From: Minisyncoccia bacterium
GTDB lineage: Bacteria > Patescibacteriota > Minisyncoccia > Phycocordibacterales > GWA1-40-21
NCBI GenBank assembly: GCA_044346845.1
Contig: JBIIYK010000002.1
Coordinates: 1-41,156, forward strand
Reading direction: 5' to 3'
Length of the DNA stretch: 41,156 nucleotides
Below, one piece after another: positions 7,371 to 16,312 of this stretch. The position numbers and the translations under genes are program-made. A model generated the notes under the pieces. The model made no database searches and was not told the origin of the DNA. It saw nothing but the letters and a program-made list of their open reading frames with translations. Numbering within the stretch: the stretch's first letter is position 1; each line of letters starts with the position of its first letter.

Positions 7371-7462
7371 TGTTTGATTTTAAAATTGCACTCGACAGTG
7401 TGATGGTGCGTCATCTAGTTGAGGCTTACTGTTGCCGACCCGAGGACTTTTAAAATTAAATA
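7371..7462. repeat. Intergenic repeat, copy 1: 16-nt left arm, 31-nt insertion, 45-nt right arm
   Basis: Left arm TGTTTGATTTTAAAAT (7371-7386) and right arm GTTGAGGCTTACTGTTGCCGACCCGAGGACTTTTAAAATTAAATA (7418-7462) are identical to 37826-37841 and 37847-37891. Confidence 0.85.
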
Positions 7463-7508
7463 TTATTTTTTCGTACTATTAATTAATAAAAAATTCGACG
7501 TCTAGATA

Positions 7509-8372
7509 TTATATCATATTTTGCTTTTCAAAAGCCTCCATCAAATTCTGAAATAATGAAGCCACCGTCATGGGTCCTACCCCTCCAGGCACAGGGGAAA
7601 TAGCCGAAACCAAGTCCTTAACACTTTCAAAATCCACATCACCATAAATTTTCCTGGTGCCCAGAGTTTTAATCACAGAATTTATTCCCACGTCTATCAC
7701 AACCTGACCCTCTTTTACATAATCTGCCCCAACTAGTTCTGCTTGACCAATAGCTACCACCAAAACATCAGCCTCTCTAGCTATTTTTTCCGGCTCGACA
7801 GTTTTGCTATGTATTACTGTTACTGTGGCTCCTTGATTTTGAAGCAAAATAGCAATTGGTTTACCCACTAACATTGATCGTCCCATCACTACCACCTTTT
7901 TCCCTTTGAGGGGGATATCATAGTAATTTAAAAGTGACAAAACCCCGCGGGCAGTAGCCGGCACGAGTTCTTGCTGATTATTAGCTAATAAATTTTTAAT
8001 ATTAACCGGGGTGACTCCATCTAAATCTTTTATAGGCAAAACCTTTTCAACCGCTCCAAACCAATCTAGATGCGCTGGCAAAGGTGACTGAATAATAATT
8101 CCATTCACTGATTCGTCATTGTTCAATTTTTCTATCTCAGCCAAAAGTATTTCTTGGGTAACCTGGCCAGGTGGAAAATTCACAACAAAAGCATTGGCTC
8201 CAATTTTTCCAGCAAACTCTATTTTTCTTTTCACATAAATATCTGAGTCTGGATCATCCCCTATTTTTATTATAGCTAGATTTGGTGCCACACCAAGAGA
8301 GCTGATTTTATTTTTTAAATCAGCCATGATTTCATCTCGCACCACTTTTCCACTTAATATTTTAGCTGACAT
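7509..8372 (-). CDS. folD: Bifunctional methylenetetrahydrofolate dehydrogenase/cyclohydrolase
   Basis: The FolD pattern is present: ILSGK.V...I......I......P.LA.I.IGDDP.S..YV..K, and GK..VV.GRS..VGKP....L. The start is set at ATG 8370-8372 (MSAKIL), preceded by TTGTGT-N17-TATTCT-N6. The track start at 8405 is a TTG. Confidence 0.9.
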   Translation of the reverse strand: MSAKILSGKVVRDEIMADLKNKISSLGVAPNLAIIKIGDDPDSDIYVKRKIEFAGKIGANAFVVNFPPGQVTQEILLAEIEKLNNDESVNGIIIQSPLPAHLDWFGAVEKVLPIKDLDGVTPVNIKNLLANNQQELVPATARGVLSLLNYYDIPLKGKKVVVMGRSMLVGKPIAILLQNQGATVTVIHSKTVEPEKIAREADVLVVAIGQAELVGADYVKEGQVVIDVGINSVIKTLGTRKIYGDVDFESVKDLVSAISPVPGGVGPMTVASLFQNLMEAFEKQNMI

Positions 8373-8437
8373 AGCAAAAGAATACGGTAAAATAAATAAA
8401 AACACAACCTTACAAATAATAAAGTTTAAAAAGGCTG

Positions 8438-9670
8438 TTATTCGTAACGAAGAGCTTCCATTGGAGATTTTTTAGCCGCTTGGCGAGCTGGGTAGATTCC
8501 AAAAACAAGACCAACAAGACTTGAGACAACAATACCAAGGACGGCGGCACTAATAGGAAAAACGTATTGCCAATCTAAACCACCGAATTTGGTAATTAAA
8601 AGTGAAATTACATATGCTAATCCAGACCCTAAAATGATTCCAATCACTCCGCCTAAAGCCGTCAGAATAACCGCCTCAAGCAAGAATTGTGTCTGAATAT
8701 CACGATCTGTAGCTCCCAATGCTTTACGTAAACCAATTTCTTTTGTACGTTCTGTCACAGATACCAGCATGATGTTCATAATCCCCACTCCACCCACAAC
8801 CAAAGAAATACCAGCCACCGCTGCTAGAAAAGCAGTCAAAGCACCTGTAACTGTACCTAGAGTCTTAGCGATATCCGCTGATGTTGTGACGGAAAAGTCA
8901 TCTTTATCTGGATCTGTTATATTATGTGAATCCCTTATAGTATTTTTAATATCTTCTACAGTTGAATTTAGATTCTCTTCTAAATCTGCAACAACCACAA
9001 TTCGACTGTAATACTTTGTCCCAGTTATATACTGCTGAGTAGTGGTGTAAGGCATAAAAACAACCTCATCAAAATTTGATGAGACACCTTCCTCTGGCAA
9101 AACACCGACAACTCTAAAAGTGGTATTTTTGATTCTTATTTTTTGTCCCACCGCCTCATCATTTTCAAAAAGGCGCTGTTTGACCTTATAACCAATGACT
9201 ACCACCGCCGAACGACTCAATACATCATCACTGGTAAAAAAATAACCTTTATCTGGTATAATATTATAAATATCAGGCACAGCTTCCCCGGAACCAAAAA
9301 CAGCCACCTGATAAACGTTACTACCATAGACCGCTTTACCGGAGCCGATAACCATAGGCATTACATATTTTGAATTTGGCACATTTGTCTTGTTCTTAAT
9401 TAAATTTAAATCTTTTTCCTTCAGAGAGTCATTCATGGTGGAAGCGGCTTGAGAAGGCCCAAAAGAAATTTTACCTGGTATAACAACAACGGTAGTTGCC
9501 CCCAAACCCTTCACCTGACCAAGAATCAAATCCTGTGCTCCTGCCCCTAAAGACATAACTAAAATAATAGAGGTGACGCCTATCACAATACCAAGGATAG
9601 TAAGAGCAGAACGGCTCTTGTGCGTTTTTAATCCATTAACCGCGGTTTTTATACTATATTTTAATAACAT
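8438..9670 (-). CDS. ABC transporter permease, MacB/FtsX family (YknZ-like)
   Basis: N-terminal TM helix, a large extracytoplasmic domain, and a C-terminal FtsX-type 3-TM bundle (ERTKEIGLRKALGA). Confidence 0.85.
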   Translation of the reverse strand: MLLKYSIKTAVNGLKTHKSRSALTILGIVIGVTSIILVMSLGAGAQDLILGQVKGLGATTVVVIPGKISFGPSQAASTMNDSLKEKDLNLIKNKTNVPNSKYVMPMVIGSGKAVYGSNVYQVAVFGSGEAVPDIYNIIPDKGYFFTSDDVLSRSAVVVIGYKVKQRLFENDEAVGQKIRIKNTTFRVVGVLPEEGVSSNFDEVVFMPYTTTQQYITGTKYYSRIVVVADLEENLNSTVEDIKNTIRDSHNITDPDKDDFSVTTSADIAKTLGTVTGALTAFLAAVAGISLVVGGVGIMNIMLVSVTERTKEIGLRKALGATDRDIQTQFLLEAVILTALGGVIGIILGSGLAYVISLLITKFGGLDWQYVFPISAAVLGIVVSSLVGLVFGIYPARQAAKKSPMEALRYE

Positions 9671-9682
9671 ACGTTTAAATAA

Positions 9683-10402
9683 TTACTTAACAAAAGCTTT
9701 ACCATCTACCCTTCTATTCTCCACTTTTTTATCACTCTCTATCTCACCATCATGAAGGCGGATGATACGCTCAGCATACTCAGCGGTATAAGTTTCATGC
9801 GTAATAAGAATCACCGTGTGACCAAACTCTTTATTTAATTTCTGGATTATCCCAATCACCACTTCACCACTTTTGGAATCCAAATTACCAGTAGGTTCAT
9901 CTGCAAAAATCACTTCTGGATTATTTACCAAAGCTCTAGCAATAGCCACTCTCTGTTTTTCACCACCAGAAAGCAGTTTAGCCCCTTGAAACATTCGATG
10001 TTCAAGTCCCACATCAATCACCGCTTTTTTTGCTCGGGCTTCCCATTCTTTTTCCGGCACCTCTGAATAGAGCAACGGCAGTTTTACGTTTTCTAAAACA
10101 CTAGCATTTGGTAAGAGATTAAATGACTGAAAAACAAAACCCATCTTCTCATTACGAATATTAGCAATTTCCTGCGGATTATAATCTTGAATATTTTTAT
10201 CATCAAAATAATATGTCCCACTAGTATAACTGTCTAAGAGACCTAAAATTTGGAGCAAGGTGCTTTTCCCAGAACCAGATTGACCCATAATAGCCACGAA
10301 TTCCCCTTTTTTGATACTAAAGGTGGAATCACGTAAAGCCTCCGTCTTAACTCCGTCATTCTCATACACCTTACCGAGATTTTTTACTTCAATTAGGGAC
10401 AT
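9683..10402 (-). CDS. ABC transporter ATP-binding protein (MacB/LolD/YknY-like)
   Basis: Walker A GQSGSGKST, ABC signature LSGGEKQRVAIARAL, Walker B IFADEPTGNLD. Confidence 0.9.
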   Translation of the reverse strand: MSLIEVKNLGKVYENDGVKTEALRDSTFSIKKGEFVAIMGQSGSGKSTLLQILGLLDSYTSGTYYFDDKNIQDYNPQEIANIRNEKMGFVFQSFNLLPNASVLENVKLPLLYSEVPEKEWEARAKKAVIDVGLEHRMFQGAKLLSGGEKQRVAIARALVNNPEVIFADEPTGNLDSKSGEVVIGIIQKLNKEFGHTVILITHETYTAEYAERIIRLHDGEIESDKKVENRRVDGKAFVK

Positions 10403-10405
10403 CTT

Positions 10406-11905
10406 TTATATATTAACAGTAACTACTTTATCCCCCTCTTTTAGACCTGAAACAATTTCCACAAAGCCATCCACACCCCGAAGACCAGTAACTACCTCAA
10501 CTTTTGTGACAACAGCCCCATCACCAATTCCTAAAACATTCACGTACTTTTTATTATTTTCTGATATAACCACTCTGGTAGGTATCACCAAAACTCCATC
10601 CTTCTTTTCTGTCATAATGTCTAAATTTGCGGTCATTCCGGATTTTACTCGGTCATCCTTATTAATAAATTTCAAGGTAACTTTATACGTAGGTACACCA
10701 TCTATCACCGTGGCGGCCGGATCAATTTTTATGACCATGGTTTCAAAATTTACACTACTACCATAAGCATCCAGAGTGGTACTAGCCAAATCTCCAATTT
10801 TTATTTTTGCTATATCCGCCTCCGGCACAAAAGATTCTATTTCATACTGACCATAGGAAATTACTGAGACCACATCCTTGTTAGCCGTCACCGTCTCTCC
10901 AATCTTAATATCAATTTTGGTAATCACCCCATCTACTGGTGACTTAATAACCGACTTGGCTAATTCCGCTTCAGCACTAGACACGCCAGCCCGAGCTTGT
11001 TCTATTGATGCAGACTGAATTGATAAATCAGTTTGTGAATTTTTCATCGCCAGATTGGCCACCTGGTACTGATCTCCTGAATTAACCAGACTATTTATAG
11101 TCGAATCAATACTTGTCCTAGCACTAGAAATGTTTAGTTTCCAGGTGTCAATTTGAATTTGAGTGGCATTGGCTGAATCTGTTGTTAAGCCATTTACAGC
11201 TTCCGCACATTGGTCTAGTAGTTTTTTTAGAAAAACCAAATTTTCCTTGGTAGAATTATAGTAAGAGACCAAATCAGAATTATTATCCAATTTACCAAGG
11301 GACAAATACCAGATATCTAGCATATCACTGGCTATATTACGTCCATCTTCAATATCTTTTTGTAGAGAGGAGTCGGCTGTAAAAATAAGCTTAGAGTTAT
11401 ATCTGGCTGGATTATTAAATAAAGAATATATTTTATTTTGAAGAGCATCATCAGCTTTAGTGAAAGAGTCCTTAATATTATTTATTAGAGAGGTCTTAGC
11501 TTGGGCTAAATCAAGGGAAACCTTATCCGTTTTACTGCCAAGCTGTAATTCAGTAATCTTCAAATTGGCTTTGGCTTGATCTAAATTAGCTGATAAATCT
11601 GCATTTGAAACGGACGCCAAGACTTGATTAGCAGACACCCTGTCCCCCACCACCGCATAAACATTAGACACTCGGCCGCCACGTTCAAAAGCTAAACTTA
11701 CATCAGAAAATGGCTTAACATTACCTGTCACACTAACAATCTCAGACAGTGACCCTCTCACCACGGTTACTTCCGCAAATTTTACGTTTTCTGAACTCTT
11801 ATTAATAAAATACCACGCAGATACCAAAACCAATAAAATAATAATAACAGTCCAGATTTTATGGGACCTTAAAAAACCACCCAAACCTTTTAGTTTATTT
11901 TGCAT
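10406..11905 (-). CDS. HlyD/MacA-family periplasmic adaptor (YknX-like) with a long coiled-coil insert
   Basis: N-terminal TM helix, biotinyl-lipoyl-like motifs (V.VGD.V...QVLA and SP.DGV.T), long alpha-helical middle, and operon context with the ABC pair. Confidence 0.75.
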   Translation of the reverse strand: MQNKLKGLGGFLRSHKIWTVIIILLVLVSAWYFINKSSENVKFAEVTVVRGSLSEIVSVTGNVKPFSDVSLAFERGGRVSNVYAVVGDRVSANQVLASVSNADLSANLDQAKANLKITELQLGSKTDKVSLDLAQAKTSLINNIKDSFTKADDALQNKIYSLFNNPARYNSKLIFTADSSLQKDIEDGRNIASDMLDIWYLSLGKLDNNSDLVSYYNSTKENLVFLKKLLDQCAEAVNGLTTDSANATQIQIDTWKLNISSARTSIDSTINSLVNSGDQYQVANLAMKNSQTDLSIQSASIEQARAGVSSAEAELAKSVIKSPVDGVITKIDIKIGETVTANKDVVSVISYGQYEIESFVPEADIAKIKIGDLASTTLDAYGSSVNFETMVIKIDPAATVIDGVPTYKVTLKFINKDDRVKSGMTANLDIMTEKKDGVLVIPTRVVISENNKKYVNVLGIGDGAVVTKVEVVTGLRGVDGFVEIVSGLKEGDKVVTVNI

Positions 11906-11961
11906 ATATCAATTATAACACACCCAAATAAAAAGCAGGAAGGTTATTTTTTTTATTAAAA

Positions 11962-12855
11962 CTAGAAATTAACCCTGGCAAAAATACCAGCTGGCAATAG
12001 TCGGCCACCTTTAGCTTGCCCGCCATCTTTGAGGGATTCTTCAATAGTGAGCTCACCTATTTCAATAACGCCACCGTGCTTCTTGGTGACATCTAATAAA
12101 CTGTTTTCATAAGCAATAGCTGAATACCCGGCAGAATAACCGTTTACTAAAATAAAAAGTGGCTTAGCTGACAAAATTTGCTCGCAAGATTCCAAAAGAC
12201 TAGTAAAATCTTCCTCTATTTTCCATAATTCTTTGTTAGCTCCGTGTCCAAAAGCCGGCGGATCCATTATTATAGCATCATATTTATTTCCCCTTTTTAT
12301 TTCTCTTTGCACAAATTTACGAGCATCATCTTCAATCCAACGAATTTTCATATCTCTTAAATTAGAAGCTTCCGCATTTTGCTTAGCCCAAACAATAGCG
12401 CTCTTAGAACCATCTACATGAACCACTTCTGCCCCAACACTTGCCGCCGCTAGAGTAGCACCACCAGTATAACCAAAAAGGTTTAGGACTTTGATTGGCC
12501 GTCCGGCACTTTTTATCTTTTCTCTAACCCAGGCCCAATTAGGTTCATTCTCCGGAAAAAGTCCAGTATGCTTGAAGGCTGTGGGTTTGATTAAGAATTT
12601 TAAATTACCCATCTCAATAAACCACTCCTTTGGTACGCCATCTTTGCTTCTCCATTTTCCATTATCTCCTTCGCGTAAAAAAGAAGCGTTGGCACCCTTC
12701 CAATATTTTTCGTCCAAACCTTTTCGCCACAAAGCTTGCGGATCTGGGCGCCTTAAAACATATTGGCCAAAACGCTCCAATTTCTCCCCGTCTCCACTGT
12801 CTAGGAGTTCATAATCTTGGCTAGATTTAGTAATTAAAATTTTAACTTCTTTCAT
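11962..12855 (-). CDS. Class I SAM-dependent RNA methyltransferase (RlmI/RlmK-like)
   Basis: VLNLFGYTGGATLAAA..GAEVVHVD.S and IIMDPPAFG motifs. The start is placed at ATG 12853-12855 (MKEVK). Confidence 0.7.
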   Translation of the reverse strand: MKEVKILITKSSQDYELLDSGDGEKLERFGQYVLRRPDPQALWRKGLDEKYWKGANASFLREGDNGKWRSKDGVPKEWFIEMGNLKFLIKPTAFKHTGLFPENEPNWAWVREKIKSAGRPIKVLNLFGYTGGATLAAASVGAEVVHVDGSKSAIVWAKQNAEASNLRDMKIRWIEDDARKFVQREIKRGNKYDAIIMDPPAFGHGANKELWKIEEDFTSLLESCEQILSAKPLFILVNGYSAGYSAIAYENSLLDVTKKHGGVIEIGELTIEESLKDGGQAKGGRLLPAGIFARVNF

Positions 12856-12894
12856 ATATAAAAAGATACCACAAATCTTCAAAAAAATCTCTGT

Positions 12895-13461
12895 TTAATT
12901 TTCTGTTATTATTACTACCCCTTGTCTCAAGATTTCTACTTTATCATTTACAATCCTTACTAATGTGGACGGTGGCGAATTTAGGTCCCCAGCATCTTCA
13001 TAAAAATCCACCGTATCACCAAAATAAGCTTTGGCCTCAGTAATATTCTTGGCTGGTGATAAACCCGCTGGATTGGCAGAGGGGGCAATGAGTGGTCCAG
13101 TCTGTTTTAAAGTTTCCAATAGATCTTTTTTATTTGGCCAGCGGAAAGCGCTGCAACCTTCCGGCCGACGTAAATAAGAAAAACGAGGATCATCATGCTT
13201 AAATTCCACACTAACCTGACCTGGCCAAAATTTATTTAAAATATTTTTAACATTATCAGTCAGTTCAATACCAAAAATTTTCAGATCATCAAGGGAGGAA
13301 ATAAGAGTAATAAAACCTTTACCCTCAGCTCTTTGTTTAGGACCAGTAATTCTTTTTACCGCTTTTTCTTGAAGAGCACTGCCAACCAAACCATAAATGG
13401 TATCTGTTGCCATTACCCCTATTCCACCATTTTTTAATATCTCGATATTACTTTTGTTCAT
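12895..13461 (-). CDS. tsaC: L-threonylcarbamoyladenylate synthase (TsaC/YrdC family)
   Basis: TDTIYGLVGSA, PLIAPSANP.G and STLV motifs of the YrdC/Sua5 domain. Confidence 0.8.
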   Translation of the reverse strand: MNKSNIEILKNGGIGVMATDTIYGLVGSALQEKAVKRITGPKQRAEGKGFITLISSLDDLKIFGIELTDNVKNILNKFWPGQVSVEFKHDDPRFSYLRRPEGCSAFRWPNKKDLLETLKQTGPLIAPSANPAGLSPAKNITEAKAYFGDTVDFYEDAGDLNSPPSTLVRIVNDKVEILRQGVVIITEN

Positions 13462-13834
13462 ACACTGTTTTTGTTTTACTTGCCCTTATCTCCATCTCTG
13501 ACCAAACCTTATCAAAGATATCTATATCAACAGAGCCCGCTTGTCCAGCAACAGAATCAAACAAAGTGCCATAACTTACCTCCCCGTGATCTAAAATTTT
13601 ATTAGCCACCAAGAGACGGTACCAAAGGTTTTTATAATATTCATGATCCTCGGTGTCATTTTTAACCACCTCTGCTACCCTATTAATCTCCTCCCTTAAA
13701 TGCTCAGTCTCTATATCAAGCTGCCCAGCAAAAGCTAAACGTTTTTCATGTCCACCATACAAAACAATCTTCTGCCCTTTCTTTACGGCCAATTCTGCAT
13801 CAAGCTCTTTGTTTTCAAGTTGTTCTTCTAGCAT
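13448..13834 (-). CDS. Hypothetical protein (128 aa)
   Basis: Long ORF with TACAAT-N7-ATG upstream and a 14-nt overlap with tsaC. No recognised motif. Confidence 0.5.
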   Translation of the reverse strand: MLEEQLENKELDAELAVKKGQKIVLYGGHEKRLAFAGQLDIETEHLREEINRVAEVVKNDTEDHEYYKNLWYRLLVANKILDHGEVSYGTLFDSVAGQAGSVDIDIFDKVWSEMEIRASKTKTVYEQK

Positions 13835-13891
13835 AAATAGTATTGTAATATTTATCTCTCATCAAAACAATAGCTATAAAAAATAACTTAA

Positions 13892-14317
13892 TCAGATAAA
13901 TTTAAGAGTAAAACTATACATACCCATAGCACAAGTTCCCAGTATTTCTGTTCCAGCAGCCTGAGGTGGAATTTCTATATCAGTTACTCCGGAAGCAGGT
14001 AAATTCTTTCGATAATTTAAAGCCGAAATAGATATGGCCGATGAGCAATCATAAGTAGCTTTTGTGGTCATTCTTAAAATAGTCTTTATGCCAGCCTTAG
14101 CCACAACTACCCCAGGTGAATAACCACCCTTAGCTGTCATTTCAACAATCTGTGTCTGTTCTCCAGTGGGAGAAACAATCACGTCGGGAACAGGAGCGTC
14201 AATAACTTTTTTTTGTGGATCCTCCACCGATGGTGAAAACCCTGCAATCATAATTAATATACCAATCACGATTGCACCTATGACTATTGATGCTGATATT
14301 GTTTTTGTATTATTCAT
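13892..14317 (-). CDS. Membrane-anchored cupredoxin-like domain protein
   Basis: N-terminal TM helix followed by a beta-rich domain of about 90 aa with conserved Cys residues. It lies downstream of the HMA-membrane gene, an arrangement common for cupredoxin-like partners. Assigned by resemblance only. Confidence 0.4.
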   Translation of the reverse strand: MNNTKTISASIVIGAIVIGILIMIAGFSPSVEDPQKKVIDAPVPDVIVSPTGEQTQIVEMTAKGGYSPGVVVAKAGIKTILRMTTKATYDCSSAISISALNYRKNLPASGVTDIEIPPQAAGTEILGTCAMGMYSFTLKFI

Positions 14318-14329
14318 AAATTTTAAAAG

Positions 14330-15182
14330 TTAAAAATTAAAAATTGGCCTTATTACTCCCCAAGCCACCAAACTATTAAGAATATTTACCAGAGCAAAGA
14401 GTATAACCAGAAGTCCGGCCCCCTTAAAGAATACCCCGGACCACTTGCTTTTGCCAAGCTCCACTGAAGTAAAACTAATAAGGGCCAAAACTGGTAGAGT
14501 TCCTAAAGCGAAGGCCGTCATAGTTAAAGCCCCAAGGAAAAATATCCAAAAGATTAATTCCAAGTGAGAGCATAACCAGACCAACGAGCAAACTAATTAT
14601 TACCATCATAACAGTATTGAGTGTAAACGCCGAACCAATCAAACCGATAATTCCACCAAAAACTAAAAAAGAAATTAATCGGCCAAGGTGAAACAAAATT
14701 TGTGGTTTGTTCTTTTCACCCTCTTTAGCATAATTAGCAGAAACAGATAGTAACAGACCTCCAACAACCGCCAGGCATGATGAAACTGATGCCACTAGGC
14801 CAATACCAAAAGCCACTGGTAAGCTAACCTTGTCACTGGTAATTAAATTGGCCAGACCAGCTTTTTGTAGACCAATAAAAACTAAAACAAAAACAATGAC
14901 GGCTGGTACGGCGTAAATAAATTCTTGCCACTTTGGTTTGAAATCTTTTTTTTCAACAGAAAGTGAGTAACCGTCTTTGGCTAATAATTTTGTGAGTTCC
15001 AACGCCAATTCTTCCGGAGCCAATTCTGATATAGTCTCTATTTCTATCTGATGTTTATACTCATCAACTTTTACCCCATGAACAGAAGATGCTTCAGATA
15101 AGATACCAGTTATCAGAAGCCCGCAAGCCTTACAATGCATGCCTTGAACATGAAAAATATATTTTTGTGTTTTATTTTCCAT
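14330..15182 (-). pseudogene. HMA-domain plus DsbD_2/TauE-like membrane protein, interrupted by a frameshift (two overlapping ORFs, 14475..15182 and 14330..14584)
   Basis: The N-terminal heavy-metal-associated motif GMHCKACG is followed by TM helices. The reading frame switches near the T-run at about 14535-14560. The downstream frame has no ATG at its head, only an internal ATG at ...LTMTAF, and continues with TM helices typical of the family C-terminus. Confidence 0.55.
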
Positions 15183-15190
15183 CCGCCAAG

Positions 15191-15219
15191 TATATACCCA
15201 CCTTAGGGTATGGTGTCAA
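15191..15219 (-). promoter_or_regulatory. Sigma-70-type promoter TTGACA-N17-TATATA with a palindromic operator ATACCC-N6-GGGTAT (15194-15211) in the spacer
   Basis: Complement of 15214-15219 is TTGACA and complement of 15191-15196 is TATATA, with an exact 17-nt spacer. The inverted repeat ATACCCACCTTAGGGTAT fills the spacer, 8 nt upstream of the HMA gene ATG. Confidence 0.55.
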
Positions 15220-15229
15220 TAATGTAAAA

Positions 15230-15613
15230 TTAGAGGTGATCTGTGGTATCGGCCTCAGCCTCTTCCTTAGTTTTATGAATAGTTCCATCCACGTGATGCG
15301 GAGGCATATAGATAGTATAAAGTTTGAGTGGCATATCTCTTGAAGTATTTATCACATTATGAAGAGCGCCAGCCGGCACCACCACAGCAAAGCCATCAGA
15401 AATAACTGACTCCTCACCATCAATCACCACCTTCCCTTCTCCACTATCAATACGGAAAAATTGATCGGTATACTCATGTGTCTCTAAACCTATTTCCTCC
15501 AAAGGCTTGAGACTCATCACCACCACCTGACCATGCTGTGAGGTATACAAGACTTTTCTAAAGTTCTCATTATTTAAAGTCTCTTGTTCAATATTTTTTA
15601 CAAATGTTTTCAT
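15230..15613 (-). CDS. Cupin-domain protein
   Basis: The motifs H.H...Q.F....G.G and VVPAGALHNV resemble cupin_2 motifs 1 and 2. Confidence 0.65.
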   Translation of the reverse strand: MKTFVKNIEQETLNNENFRKVLYTSQHGQVVVMSLKPLEEIGLETHEYTDQFFRIDSGEGKVVIDGEESVISDGFAVVVPAGALHNVINTSRDMPLKLYTIYMPPHHVDGTIHKTKEEAEADTTDHL

Positions 15614-15669
15614 ATGTTTATTTTAAATTAATCTAATAACACACTGTACAAACTTATCATAACACCCTT

Positions 15670-16308
15670 TTAGATTTTAGTCTTCTTCCGACGATAATAT
15701 AAAAAAATAAATACCAAGACTAAAATAACCGCTACTAACACTTGAAATACCAACTCAATACTATTCATATTTTTTACAAAAACTTCATGAACAAGCTTTG
15801 TTCCGGCATAACCTAAATAAATATAGATGGAATCCCTAATAGCTGAACCAATAAAAGTGGAAATAACAAAAAGTTTAAAATTGACTTTTAATAAACCGGA
15901 GCCAACAGAAATCAAAGAGCTAGGCATAATTGGCAAGGCCCTCAAAAAAATCAAAATAACGTAATCACGCATACCTCTGCCCAGATGAGAACCAAAAAAT
16001 TCAATCTGCTCATGCGTAATACCAATAAATTTACCTATTTTACTAGAGAGTATGTCCTCCAGTTTATCGGCAACATAATAAACCACGCTAGCGCCAAGGG
16101 TTTTACCCAAGGCCCCAAGTAAAGCCAAGGTAATAAGGCCATATATTAAATAACCCTGGACTTGAGCTATAGAACCAGCAGCAATCATCACCGATGGTGA
16201 AGGAATGGGTGGAATAACCTCCTCGATAAAAGACACAACCGGAGCAAAAAAGGCCAAGTGAATATGTTCAGCATAAGAAATTAAAATTTGTTCTAACTGC
16301 ACAAACAT
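15670..16308 (-). CDS. DedA/SNARE-associated (VTT domain) membrane protein
   Basis: Multi-pass membrane protein with the DedA-like core F..R.LP..R...S...G. Confidence 0.7.
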   Translation of the reverse strand: MFVQLEQILISYAEHIHLAFFAPVVSFIEEVIPPIPSPSVMIAAGSIAQVQGYLIYGLITLALLGALGKTLGASVVYYVADKLEDILSSKIGKFIGITHEQIEFFGSHLGRGMRDYVILIFLRALPIMPSSLISVGSGLLKVNFKLFVISTFIGSAIRDSIYIYLGYAGTKLVHEVFVKNMNSIELVFQVLVAVILVLVFIFLYYRRKKTKI

Positions 16309-16312
16309 AAAA

